Source of the DNA: Candidatus Uhrbacteria bacterium
GTDB taxonomy: Bacteria > Patescibacteriota > Patescibacteriia > UBA9934 > GWF2-40-263
Reading direction: 5' to 3'
Length of the DNA: 64,000 nt
Assembly: GCA_016844925.1 (NCBI GenBank)
Contig: JAERTI010000055.1
Span: forward strand, 65,459 to 129,458
In this document: positions 39,501-47,686 of the stretch, one piece after another
Position numbering within the stretch: the first letter of the stretch is position 1
How the letters are laid out: each line of letters opens with the position of its first letter
Translations under genes and position numbers: made by a program
The notes under the pieces: generated by a model
Seen by the model: only the letters and a program-made list of their open reading frames with translations
What the model was told of the DNA's origin: nothing
The model's database searches: none

Positions 39501-40076
39501 AATCAGCTGCGCGTTCGTGGCTTCTTGCTGGGCAATCTCAGGCCTGTCGACAAGTTCCAGAAAAAAGTTCCCCTCTCCAAACATCTCCACATACCCACGG
39601 ATCGCCTCGCGTGCCTCGTCGAGCTTGTCCATCTTGATGAGCTCATCAATCTCCCCAAGGTGACCACCCGAAAGGGCGATAACCCCCTTGGTATGCTCAC
39701 GCAGCACCTCTTTATCGATACGGGGTTTGTAGTAGAACCCCTCCATGAACCCAACCGAGGAAAGCTCGATCAAATTCTTGTACCCCTCATTGGTCTCTGC
39801 CAAACACACCAATCGATGCGGCTTAGTGTCGATACGCGCTCGCTTCATGTGACGTCCGTGTCGCGCAACATAAAAATCAACCCCAATGATGGACTTGATC
39901 TCGGCCTTACGTGCTGTTTTATAAAAATCAATCGTTCCGTACAGATTTCCATTATCTGTCACGGCGATCGCGGTCTGGCCCAAATCTTTCGCATGCCCCA
40001 CGAGCTCCTTCATCTTTGGGAGCGCCTCAAGCAAGGAATAGTGCGAGTGGACGTGCAGGTGGACAAACTTGGACAT
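36555..40076 (-). CDS. dnaE: DNA polymerase III alpha subunit
   Basis: The PHP N-terminus is MSKFVHLHVHSHYSLLEA. Polymerase core and OB domains are present, giving about 1173 aa. Confidence 0.95.
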   Translation of the reverse strand: MSKFVHLHVHSHYSLLEALPKMKELVGHAKDLGQTAIAVTDNGNLYGTIDFYKTARKAEIKSIIGVDFYVARHGRHMKRARIDTKPHRLVCLAETNEGYKNLIELSSVGFMEGFYYKPRIDKEVLREHTKGVIALSGGHLGEIDELIKMDKLDEAREAIRGYVEMFGEGNFFLELVDRPEIAQQEATNAQLIAFSKELGVPLVATKNTFYLKPQDVEAWKILNCIKGGKTLEHFDRVNQMEYDASVVSSEYMMERFKDVPEAIENTVKIADRCNVEITLGEWNFPKFEIPKGETFLSVLTERAFRKLKVKRGGRELTEEEVERLNYELDIIEQKGFCPYFLIVSDFISWARENGIMTTTRGSAAGSLVGFSIGISSIDPLRYLLPFERFLNPQRPSAPDVDADFADNRRDEVLDYVRQKYGYEKVAQICTFGKMLARGSLRDVGRALGFEYGVIDEIAKMVPMGAQGMPMTLEKALRESPDLKKKYDIDANTRRIIELAQQIEGCARHVSIHAAGTVISPTDLTDFTPLQIDTREGKIITQYEMHSVEAAGLVKMDFLGIRNLSILGDAIRLVRNTKGDDIDIEQIPIDDPKTFDLLAKGQTMGVFQLSSDGMTKYLMELEPTRIEDIMAMVALYRPGPIEFIPEYIKRKHDHSRIDYPHENLKDILEASLGLLIYQDDVMLTAIKLAGYSWLDADKFRKAMGKKIPELMLEQEKKFKDGCVANNIPKSLAKDLWERIKPFAMYAFNKSHAASYGMVAYQTAYMKANYPAEYMTALMTAEAADLDKIAFAVEECGRMGIEVLPPDINESLKDFTYITDEQVRFGLLVIKNLGEEVIEAIIAERKEHGEFKDLSDFAGRVSHRAFNKKSLEALIKAGALDRFGERKQLLDNIDRILMHNKNIQKEKATNQQSLFAAAPAVMDRGIALRDSEPASMRELLTWEKELLGLYVSAHPYEPFKEAFGEALLDCAKVVDCKDGEFVRSGGIISSVKQIITKKGDPMAFVTLEDLSGRTEVIVFPRTYKTVSDVLVEDTIVLVSAKVSIREGEEAKLLANSFVTVDEDSLPNTAQMIKRGQWVSSDMRRSIEQNRQDQSPPLEVVKRGMLSISLKGKPTQDMVEQLREILTSAPGPKPVCLMVESGGRMRKIQTDYSVATSDRIVSAIAELVGAQNVSVE

Positions 40077-40121
40077 ATCAAGAAGGAGCTTACCAGCTCT
40101 GCCGTCGCTTTCCAAGGTAAG

Positions 40122-40150
40122 AAAAAACCGCCTAATAAAGGCGGGCGTAG
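40122..40150 (-). terminator. Terminator of cassette I6 (ccgcc-tttatta-ggcgg plus T6 on the minus strand)
   Basis: The hairpin is followed by a T-run. Confidence 0.55.
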
Positions 40151-40151
40151 C

Positions 40152-40529
40152 TCAGCTGAGCAGGTCCTTGAGGCTCTTGCCGGGGCGCCAGCAGCCATCA
40201 GGCTCGAAGATGAACAGGACGTTGACATCCTCACCGAAGAGCGCGTCGGTGTTGCCCGGACGGGAAGCGAAGTAGCTCTTGCCCCCCTTGCAGAACCACC
40301 CCACGGCCACGTGTCCCGGCAGGAGCTCCGGCTCCTCGGGCTCGGGACCGATGTCCTGCTTGTCCCACAGCGCGCTCAGGAGCGCCGAGAGATTCTCGAA
40401 GTCCAGCGTCTCGACTCGGTGCGAGAGATGCCAGGCTCGCGAGAAGAACGGGGCCGTCGGGACGGACATCAGTGTCATGGGGATGTCGCCCCCCATGGTG
40501 AACTCGTGCGTGATTCGCGGCAATCGCAT
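40152..40529 (-). CDS. High-GC ORFan protein (125 aa), start MRLPRITHEF
   Basis: RBS aagagg lies upstream. The minus-strand promoter is TTGACT-N17-TTCAAT. GC3 is high. Confidence 0.45.
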   Translation of the reverse strand: MRLPRITHEFTMGGDIPMTLMSVPTAPFFSRAWHLSHRVETLDFENLSALLSALWDKQDIGPEPEEPELLPGHVAVGWFCKGGKSYFASRPGNTDALFGEDVNVLFIFEPDGCWRPGKSLKDLLS

Positions 40530-40589
40530 GGCAACCTCTTGCATTTGTGCGCCCGGATTGAATCAGCTTTTCTCGTTTAAGTCAATCAT

Positions 40590-40616
40590 AAAACAGGGCA
40601 TAAACCCTGTTTTAAC
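40590..40616. terminator. Bidirectional terminator acagggcataaaccctgt (AAAACAGGG...CCCTGTTTT family)
   Basis: The stem has flanking A and T runs. Confidence 0.6.
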
Positions 40617-40621
40617 TTCAT

Positions 40622-40927
40622 CTATACATCTATAACCGTCTTCTTTCTTGATCGACTGGGTTTCTTTTCCTTCTTCTCCAAGACATAGTCGACCAACTTT
40701 GTTGTTGCCCCCAGGACGGTTCCAAGTGTAGCACTCGTACTATCAAACTTGCTACGAATGGCTGAGATGGCCACCTCAATCTTTCCGATAGCATCTGTGG
40801 CCGTGTGCACGGCGTCATTCACGTTCTTGATAATCAATGCAACCTGGTACACCAGCCAAAAAATGGCGGCTGTTAACCACAGGGCACAGAATGCGAGGAC
40901 AATGTAGAGAATGTCGAGTGGGCTCAT
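40622..40927 (-). CDS. Small membrane protein (DUF948-like)
   Basis: 101 aa with an N-terminal TM helix. Confidence 0.45.
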   Translation of the reverse strand: MSPLDILYIVLAFCALWLTAAIFWLVYQVALIIKNVNDAVHTATDAIGKIEVAISAIRSKFDSTSATLGTVLGATTKLVDYVLEKKEKKPSRSRKKTVIDV

Positions 40928-40944
40928 AACCTCCTAATTGATAC

Positions 40945-43380
40945 TTACGATCTCATTGTAGCACCGAAGTCTTTTTCGAGCACGCCACGAATCTTACCGA
41001 GCTCTGCATCCACCTCTGATGATTCCAACGTCCGATCTGCCGCGCGGAAACTCATATGCACGGCCATGGACTTGTGTCCTTCTTCAACTCCCTTGCCACG
41101 ATAGACATCAAACAGCTCGACAGAATCAAGAAGGTTACTTGTCTTACGGATCGTTGTCTCGATGACTGCGTACGCTGCTTGGTCCGCCACAACAAAGGCT
41201 AAGTCACGCTCTGCTGCCGGGTGAACAGAGACCGGCTTGTAAACAACAGCCTGCTCACCCTGCTGAGCAAGCACGTCAAGATTCATTTCAAACACAGCAA
41301 CACGATGATCGACCCCTAAGGCACTCGCTTTCTCAGGATCAACCTCAGCAACATACCCAACAACCTGATCGTTTACGACAATCTGCGCCTGACGAACTGG
41401 ATGCTGCCACGGTTCTGGTGCTTCAGATGGACGAAGCTCTGCAGCAAAGCCCATGGCCCCCATAAGCTGCTCCACCATCGCTTTAGACTCCCAAAAGGGA
41501 TCTACATCACCTTTTTTTGCATAAACTCCCGCAAGGGCATGTGGTTGGCGTGGCAACTTCTTCTTCCCCTCCCCCATGTCTGCACCCTCTTCATCCTTGC
41601 GGAACACGCGCTCAGACTGGAACATCTTTACTGTTTCAAACGTGCGTTGGTTGTGCACGACGGTCTCTAACAAGTTTGGAATGAGTGACCGAACAAGATA
41701 AGGACGGTCGCTAGCAAGTGGGTTGGCCAATTTCAAGTGATCATCAAGCGACTCACCTAGAGCCTCAAGAGTCTCAGGGCTCACAAACGCATACTGAAAT
41801 ACCTCCGACGCCCCTGCTCCATAAGCTAGGGCCCTGCGTGCGATTCGAGATAACTGTCGCACGCGATCTTGAACAGGCGGAGTGATTGGAAAGATTGGCA
41901 ACGTCGAGGGAATATTGTCGTACCCATAAATCCGCGCAATCTCTTCGACAACATCCTCTTTAATGGAGACGTCCTTTGTTGCACGCCACGACGGGATCAC
42001 AACAGTAAACACATCCTTCTTCAGCTTCACATCAAACCCGAGGCGCGTAAGAATATCTTGCATCTCGTCAGTGGAGATAGAAGAACCTAAACGATCATTA
42101 ACCAACGAAGGAGCAAACGACAACGCTTCAGATTCAACAACCTTCGCTCGCTCATCGATCACGGACGAACAAACCTTCGCACTCGGACACAACTCTTGCA
42201 TGAGCTCAACCGCTCGTCGCAATGCAAGCTCACACAGGTTTGCATCAAGCGACTTTTCAAAACGAGCGGAAGACTCAGAACGCAACGCAAGCTTCTGCGA
42301 AGTCTTGCGCACGGATACGGGCGAGAAATTCGCTGACTCGAACACGATTCGCGTTGTCTCACCGCTCACCCCACTACCTTCTCCGCCCATCACACCGGCA
42401 ATCGCCAACGTCTTTGTGCCACTAGCGATCACCAACATTTCTTTTTCAAGTTTGTAAGTCTCCTCATCCAGACAGGTAATCTCCTCACCCTTCTTTGCTG
42501 TGCGAACGGTGATCTTCACCTCGTCTCCACCCAGAACGTCCGCATCGAACGCGTGCATGGGCTGCCCCAACTCCAACATGACGAGGTTTGTCACATCAAC
42601 AACGTTATTAATGGAACGAACACCACAAGCCGTCAGACGATTCTTCAACCACTGCGGTGAGGGTTCAACAGTAATCCCCTCAAGGGCCACTCCCATATAC
42701 CGTGGACACAGTTCCTGATCCTCAATCTTCACAGAAAGTGAAACGCCTTTCCCCTTAGAGATTGCTGCTGGCTTGTACTCCTTTAGCTCTGAACGAGTAA
42801 GCGCGGCGACCTCACGTGCCATTCCATAGTGCCCCATCAAATCCGGACGGTTGGTGAGCGATTTGTGCTCAATGTCAAAAATGACATCATCCAAACCAAG
42901 CGCCTCCGCCAGAGAAGTACCGGGCTTGGCATCAATATCCCCCAAGTCCAAAATGTCGCGCTCTCCCTCATCGGAAGCATCCAATCCAATCTCTGAACTT
43001 GCACAGATCATCCCTTCACTGACCTCTCCCCGAATCTTGGTCTTCTTCAACTCCACAGGCTCCCCCTCTCCATGCCAGCGCACCCAAGCCCCCGGCGGCG
43101 CAACGGCCACCTTCATGCCTTCGCGCAGGTTCGACCCACCGCAAACAATCTGCGACGTAGAACCACCGACATCGACCTGACAAAGTGTCAGTCGATCTGC
43201 GTCAGGATGCTTCGCGAGCGTCTTCACCTCACCGACAATAATTTTATCCAGCTCCGCAGCCTGATCCTTGAACGACTCAACTTCCACCGTCGAAAGCGTA
43301 ATCGTATTTGAAAGTTCCTGATCTGAAAGCCCCTTAGGGGTCTGAACAAACTCACGAAGCCACTTTTTTGATATCAACAT
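40945..43380 (-). CDS. pheT: Phenylalanyl-tRNA synthetase beta subunit
   Basis: 811 aa with tRNA-binding, B3/B4 and B5 domains. Confidence 0.9.
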   Translation of the reverse strand: MLISKKWLREFVQTPKGLSDQELSNTITLSTVEVESFKDQAAELDKIIVGEVKTLAKHPDADRLTLCQVDVGGSTSQIVCGGSNLREGMKVAVAPPGAWVRWHGEGEPVELKKTKIRGEVSEGMICASSEIGLDASDEGERDILDLGDIDAKPGTSLAEALGLDDVIFDIEHKSLTNRPDLMGHYGMAREVAALTRSELKEYKPAAISKGKGVSLSVKIEDQELCPRYMGVALEGITVEPSPQWLKNRLTACGVRSINNVVDVTNLVMLELGQPMHAFDADVLGGDEVKITVRTAKKGEEITCLDEETYKLEKEMLVIASGTKTLAIAGVMGGEGSGVSGETTRIVFESANFSPVSVRKTSQKLALRSESSARFEKSLDANLCELALRRAVELMQELCPSAKVCSSVIDERAKVVESEALSFAPSLVNDRLGSSISTDEMQDILTRLGFDVKLKKDVFTVVIPSWRATKDVSIKEDVVEEIARIYGYDNIPSTLPIFPITPPVQDRVRQLSRIARRALAYGAGASEVFQYAFVSPETLEALGESLDDHLKLANPLASDRPYLVRSLIPNLLETVVHNQRTFETVKMFQSERVFRKDEEGADMGEGKKKLPRQPHALAGVYAKKGDVDPFWESKAMVEQLMGAMGFAAELRPSEAPEPWQHPVRQAQIVVNDQVVGYVAEVDPEKASALGVDHRVAVFEMNLDVLAQQGEQAVVYKPVSVHPAAERDLAFVVADQAAYAVIETTIRKTSNLLDSVELFDVYRGKGVEEGHKSMAVHMSFRAADRTLESSEVDAELGKIRGVLEKDFGATMRS

Positions 43381-43383
43381 AAA

Positions 43384-44412
43384 CTAAAACTGTTTGAGGA
43401 AACGAAGATCACCACTTTCCAGATGACGAATATCATCAATACCGTACTTGAGCATCACCAGGCGTGTAAGCCCGAACCCAAAGGCGAAACCGGAGTACTC
43501 ATCTGGATCCACGCCCCCCTCGCGCAATACATTGGGGTGAACCATGCCTGCCCCGAACACCTCAAGCCAACCAGTTTTCTTACACAAACGGCACCCGTCC
43601 CCCTTACACAAGAAGCAGGTTACTTCTCCATTTACTCCAGGCTCAACAAACGGATAGAACTTTGGGCGCAATCGAATGTGCGTCTCTTCGCCATACAAAT
43701 GCCTCGCCACGATTTCTAGCACGCCCTTCATGTGGGAAAGAGAAATCCCCTTATCAATCATCATTCCTTCCAGCTGGTGAAACGTGTGCTCGTGCCGGAC
43801 GTCCGTTGCTTCATTTCGAAAACATCGCCCTGGCGCAACCATACGCAACGGGGCTCCGTAACGTCGCATTGAACGGATCTGAACAGACGATGTGTGCGTG
43901 CGCATCACCACCCCGTCGGCTCCCTCGACATAAAACGTATCCTGCATGTCGCGCGCTGGATGTGTTGGCGGGATGTTGAGCGCTGTAAAGTTGTAATAGT
44001 CACTTTCAAGCTCAGGGCCATCGGCAATGATAAACCCCATCGAGGTAAACAAGTCTTCAAGCTCTTGCTGCACCTGCGTCACAGGATGAATGGATCCACG
44101 AGACTCGCCACCAATAACTGGCTGCGTGACATCAATCCACTCTTTACCCATGGACTCCTCGCGCTGGAGCTTTTTAAACGTCTCTTCCTGACCCCCATAG
44201 GCCACCTCGATCGCTTCCTTTACTTCATTAGCAATCTTCCCGATCGCCTTTCGTTCTTCATCGGCAAGCTGGGCCATCTCTTTCATGGCTGCCTTCAACT
44301 TTCCTTTGCGACCAAGAAACTCGTTACGCAATGTCTCGAGCGACTCACGATCGGTCACCTTATCAACAAGCGCAAGGAAGTCATCTTTTAATTGCTCAAG
44401 GTCTTTTTTCAT
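43384..44412 (-). CDS. pheS: Phenylalanyl-tRNA synthetase alpha subunit
   Basis: 342 aa with class II aaRS motifs. Confidence 0.9.
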   Translation of the reverse strand: MKKDLEQLKDDFLALVDKVTDRESLETLRNEFLGRKGKLKAAMKEMAQLADEERKAIGKIANEVKEAIEVAYGGQEETFKKLQREESMGKEWIDVTQPVIGGESRGSIHPVTQVQQELEDLFTSMGFIIADGPELESDYYNFTALNIPPTHPARDMQDTFYVEGADGVVMRTHTSSVQIRSMRRYGAPLRMVAPGRCFRNEATDVRHEHTFHQLEGMMIDKGISLSHMKGVLEIVARHLYGEETHIRLRPKFYPFVEPGVNGEVTCFLCKGDGCRLCKKTGWLEVFGAGMVHPNVLREGGVDPDEYSGFAFGFGLTRLVMLKYGIDDIRHLESGDLRFLKQF

Positions 44413-44413
44413 A

Positions 44414-45535
44414 TCAGATCATCGATTTAAGCGCACCAAGAATCTGGTCGCCAAATGTCACAAAGTCTTTGTACGTTACAAGCACTACCAACACCATCAG
44501 GAACATGAAGCCCAGGTTGTGCACCACAATCTCCATCCGTTCATTTACCGCACGACCACGCAACTTCTCAATCGCAAGGAACAAAATACGTCCGCCATCG
44601 AGCGCTGGGAACGGAAGAATGTTAATAATCGCCAAGTTGATCGAGAGAATCGCTGTGAACTGCATGAGATAGACAAGCCCCATGGCTGCCACCTCCCCTG
44701 TCATAACAGCGATACCGACTGGACCAGACAAATCAACAGCCACCTCCTGTGTCACAACCAAGTCACGAATGAGTGCGTAAAAGGCGTAAGCCACCTCATA
44801 GGTGAACTGTCCTGTTGTGTAGATCCCCTGACTGATGGCTGAGAAGAACGGATATGAGACGAGCCCAGTGCCCACAAAACCAATACCGACCGCTTCTGTC
44901 TCTGCCGCCTCTAGGTAAGCTGATGTGAGTTGGTAGGTCCTGTACGTTTCATCTTCTCCTTGAACAACAACCTCCACACCTGTCGATGCCTCAGCAACAA
45001 AATATTCACGCGCTTCGATGTCGCTTTCAAACACGCGCCCGTCGATCGACGCAATCACGTCCCCTGGCACTACACCTGCCTCCGCTGCTGGAGAACCTTC
45101 AAGCACCTGCATGACAGCAAGCTCATAACTAGAGACGGTTGCGCTTTCTGGAAGCGTGTCGTCAATAATCGACGGGAGGCCGATCATGTACCCCCCAGAA
45201 AACAAGACGGCCGCGAGGACAAGGTTCATCACAACACCAGCAACCAACACCAAGAACCGCTGCCAGGGTTTCTTTGAAGAAAAGCTGTCTTTATCGTGTT
45301 TATGCTCCCCACTCTCTCCTTTAATCTTTACAAACCCCCCAAGTGGGATCCAGTTGATGGAGTAGATGGTGTCCCCCTTACGTATCCCAAACGCACGAGG
45401 AGGAAAGCCGAAACCAAATTCGTCGACTCGCATGCCCATCTTTCGCGCCATGAAAAAATGCCCCAATTCGTGGACAAATACGAGGAGCGAGAGGACGATG
45501 ACAAAAAGTAAAATAGTTCCCATAAATCGCCTCAA
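44414..45535 (-). CDS. rseP: Site-2 protease RseP-like (M50 family, PDZ domain)
   Basis: The HExxH motif is HELGHFFMA. Multiple TM helices and a PDZ segment are present. Confidence 0.8.
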   Translation of the reverse strand: MRRFMGTILLFVIVLSLLVFVHELGHFFMARKMGMRVDEFGFGFPPRAFGIRKGDTIYSINWIPLGGFVKIKGESGEHKHDKDSFSSKKPWQRFLVLVAGVVMNLVLAAVLFSGGYMIGLPSIIDDTLPESATVSSYELAVMQVLEGSPAAEAGVVPGDVIASIDGRVFESDIEAREYFVAEASTGVEVVVQGEDETYRTYQLTSAYLEAAETEAVGIGFVGTGLVSYPFFSAISQGIYTTGQFTYEVAYAFYALIRDLVVTQEVAVDLSGPVGIAVMTGEVAAMGLVYLMQFTAILSINLAIINILPFPALDGGRILFLAIEKLRGRAVNERMEIVVHNLGFMFLMVLVVLVTYKDFVTFGDQILGALKSMI

Positions 45536-45638
45536 TAATAACGGTTTGCTCTCAGTAGATCAACTAAAACCACTCAGGATTGCATAAATTCTCCCCTTGC
45601 CGTACGCTGCGGGCGCCCTACCAAGAGAGGAGCGGCAC

Positions 45639-46001
45639 ATGCAAGGTGAACGGACCTATGGATTCCAGAACGGCGCCTCCGACGAGCGCGTCAGCACCCA
45701 GAGCGAGCACCCCGGCTTCCCCATCCCCCTGCAGTTCTCCGGCCGGATCGGTGTCCGGATCACCGGGGACACCGAGAAGGACTTCGCCCTGCAGCTGCAG
45801 GACGGCAGACCCGACAGGACGAACCTGCTGGTGCGGATCAACGACGACCGCCTGCACCTGCGGCTCCCGAGCGACTTCACCGGCGAGGTGACCATCCAGG
45901 TGAGCGGCTCGTGCATCGGTGAGCGCCAGAGCGGCCACTTCGGTAGCTGCGGCCACGGACGCAGCTCGATGGTCGACCCGACCGAGCGCACGATCCACTG
46001 A
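45639..46001 (+). CDS. High-GC ORFan protein (121 aa)
   Basis: RBS gagagga is present. The terminator gacgaccc-ccca-cgggtcgtc-ttttt follows. Confidence 0.45.
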   Translation: MQGERTYGFQNGASDERVSTQSEHPGFPIPLQFSGRIGVRITGDTEKDFALQLQDGRPDRTNLLVRINDDRLHLRLPSDFTGEVTIQVSGSCIGERQSGHFGSCGHGRSSMVDPTERTIH

Positions 46002-46027
46002 TCGAGCTCTAGCTCGAATCACGACGC

Positions 46028-46055
46028 GACGACCCCCCACGGGTCGTCTTTTTAC
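46028..46055 (+). terminator. Rho-independent terminator
   Basis: The hairpin gacgaccccccacgggtcgtc is followed by ttttt. Confidence 0.6.
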
Positions 46056-46077
46056 TTACACAACAGATCTAATCGCA

Positions 46078-46105
46078 TTGACATCCCAGCGTGAACTGCT
46101 AGAGT
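46078..46105 (+). promoter_or_regulatory. Sigma70-like promoter (TTGACA, N16-17, TAGAGT) for the EamA gene
   Basis: It has a perfect -35. Confidence 0.4.
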
Positions 46106-46131
46106 TCCCCGTCCACGACAAGGAGGACGTG

Positions 46132-46977
46132 ATGACAAAGGGAAGGATCTTGATCCTGGTGGCGGTCATCGTCTCAGGATTCCTGCCCGTTTCAACGCGG
46201 GCTCTGGAGGACCTTGGATGGGGAGCCATCCAGACGGCCGGCGTGCGCTGCCTAATCGGCGCCATCATCATCGGCGCGTTCAATCTCAAGAAGCTGTCAC
46301 AAGCCTCAAGAGACTGGCGGTCCGTTGCCCTCATCGGACTTGCCACAACCATGGCGACCTCGGGTGTGACGTACGCGTTCCAGCACATCCCAGGAGGCCT
46401 CACCACGGCCCTGATGTTCATCGGGCCCATCTGGGTAGTCCTGTGGGAGTCGCTCCATGGAAGAACAACACGCTGGCAACGCATCGCCTGTGGTGTGGGA
46501 TTCCTCGGCGCGATCTTCCTGGTTGGATCGGGTTTCACCGGCGACCTGGACTGGACCGGCGTGGCCGCGGCGATCGGAGCAAGCTTCGGCTTTGCCCTGT
46601 TCTTCATCAACAGTGCCAAGGCCAGCAAGGTCATGTCCGACGAATGCCTCGCCTTCTGGGCCTGGGCCTTCGCCGGCGTCGCCTTCGCCTACAGCCTCCC
46701 CTCAGCCAACTGGTCGGTGGAAGCAGCACCCTGGATCGCGTTCATGGGGCTCGTCAACGGAGCGCTGTACATCCTCGTGCTCTTCGCGGCCATCCGCCAC
46801 ATCGGCAACGCCACCGAGACCAGCATCTGGCAGTACACCGAGCTGATCACCGTGGGCGCGACGTGCTACTTCGTCTTCGGCGAAGTGCCTACCCCCACGG
46901 CCTTCATCGGCATGATCCTCATCCTCACGGCCGGACTCATGCTCATCAAACCAGAGCAAACTCCTGCGACGACCTGA
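46132..46977 (+). CDS. EamA/DMT-superfamily transporter (10 TM), high-GC
   Basis: RBS aaggagg is present. It has two EamA-like halves. The start was reassigned to MTKGRIL. Confidence 0.7.
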   Translation: MTKGRILILVAVIVSGFLPVSTRALEDLGWGAIQTAGVRCLIGAIIIGAFNLKKLSQASRDWRSVALIGLATTMATSGVTYAFQHIPGGLTTALMFIGPIWVVLWESLHGRTTRWQRIACGVGFLGAIFLVGSGFTGDLDWTGVAAAIGASFGFALFFINSAKASKVMSDECLAFWAWAFAGVAFAYSLPSANWSVEAAPWIAFMGLVNGALYILVLFAAIRHIGNATETSIWQYTELITVGATCYFVFGEVPTPTAFIGMILILTAGLMLIKPEQTPATT

Positions 46978-46998
46978 ACGATAGGCGTCGCTTTTTTC

Positions 46999-47172
46999 AT
47001 AGAAACAAAAATAATAGACCTGCTCTGAGACAGGTCTATCGGGGTGCACTTGGGGTAAAGATCGGACTCGTCGGGGGGGTGACATACCGTTGCCCAGAGA
47101 CAGCGCCGGATTCACACCGGCTTCCAAACCTCAAGATGCTGGAAGTTAAGCAAGTTACACGCTTCTTGTCAA
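46999..47172 (-). ncRNA. Candidate small RNA with its own promoter (TTGACA-N17-TTAACT) and terminator (agacctg...caggtct plus T-run) on the minus strand
   Basis: The promoter lies at plus coordinates 47144-47172 and the terminator hairpin at 47016-47037. The transcript of about 120-140 nt contains the hairpin gccggtgtgaatccggc. No credible ORF is present. Confidence 0.35.
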
Positions 47173-47179
47173 GCAATAC

Positions 47180-47596
47180 CTACTCAGTCTCCTCACTTTT
47201 TTCTACCGGAATATCGCCGCGCGCATGGGCATCTTCAATCTTCTTCAACAACCCCCTTACAACACGCACAGCAGATTCACGAGTCTCTTTCATCTGTTTA
47301 TTAAACTCTTCATCGCTCATCCCCTCATAATAAAAACCAATGGTCTCAGGATCTATAATCACTTGAACCTGGTGATCAAGATCATCGAGCGCTTCTTCAA
47401 AATTAGGAACCTTATCGACCGGCACATTCTTCGCCATCTCTATAACCTTAAGCAATCGCTCCGTCAGTGCCGCACCTTCAACAAAACCTCCGAGGACTTC
47501 CTCTGCCTTCTTTACATGAGCGAGCTTAAGCCTCTCTTTACTTCGACGGGCAAGCTCCCCCGCCAACATCTCTCCTGGGTCACGACGTTCTCCCAT
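47180..47596 (-). CDS. Hypothetical cytoplasmic protein
   Basis: 138 aa. Confidence 0.5.
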   Translation of the reverse strand: MGERRDPGEMLAGELARRSKERLKLAHVKKAEEVLGGFVEGAALTERLLKVIEMAKNVPVDKVPNFEEALDDLDHQVQVIIDPETIGFYYEGMSDEEFNKQMKETRESAVRVVRGLLKKIEDAHARGDIPVEKSEETE

Positions 47597-47686
47597 ATGT
47601 TTCTTCGTTAAGTGAATGAATCTGTTTTTATTTTTAGTAGCCGTACTTCTCTTTCATCTGAACCAAGAGTTGCCTCACTCACGTCA

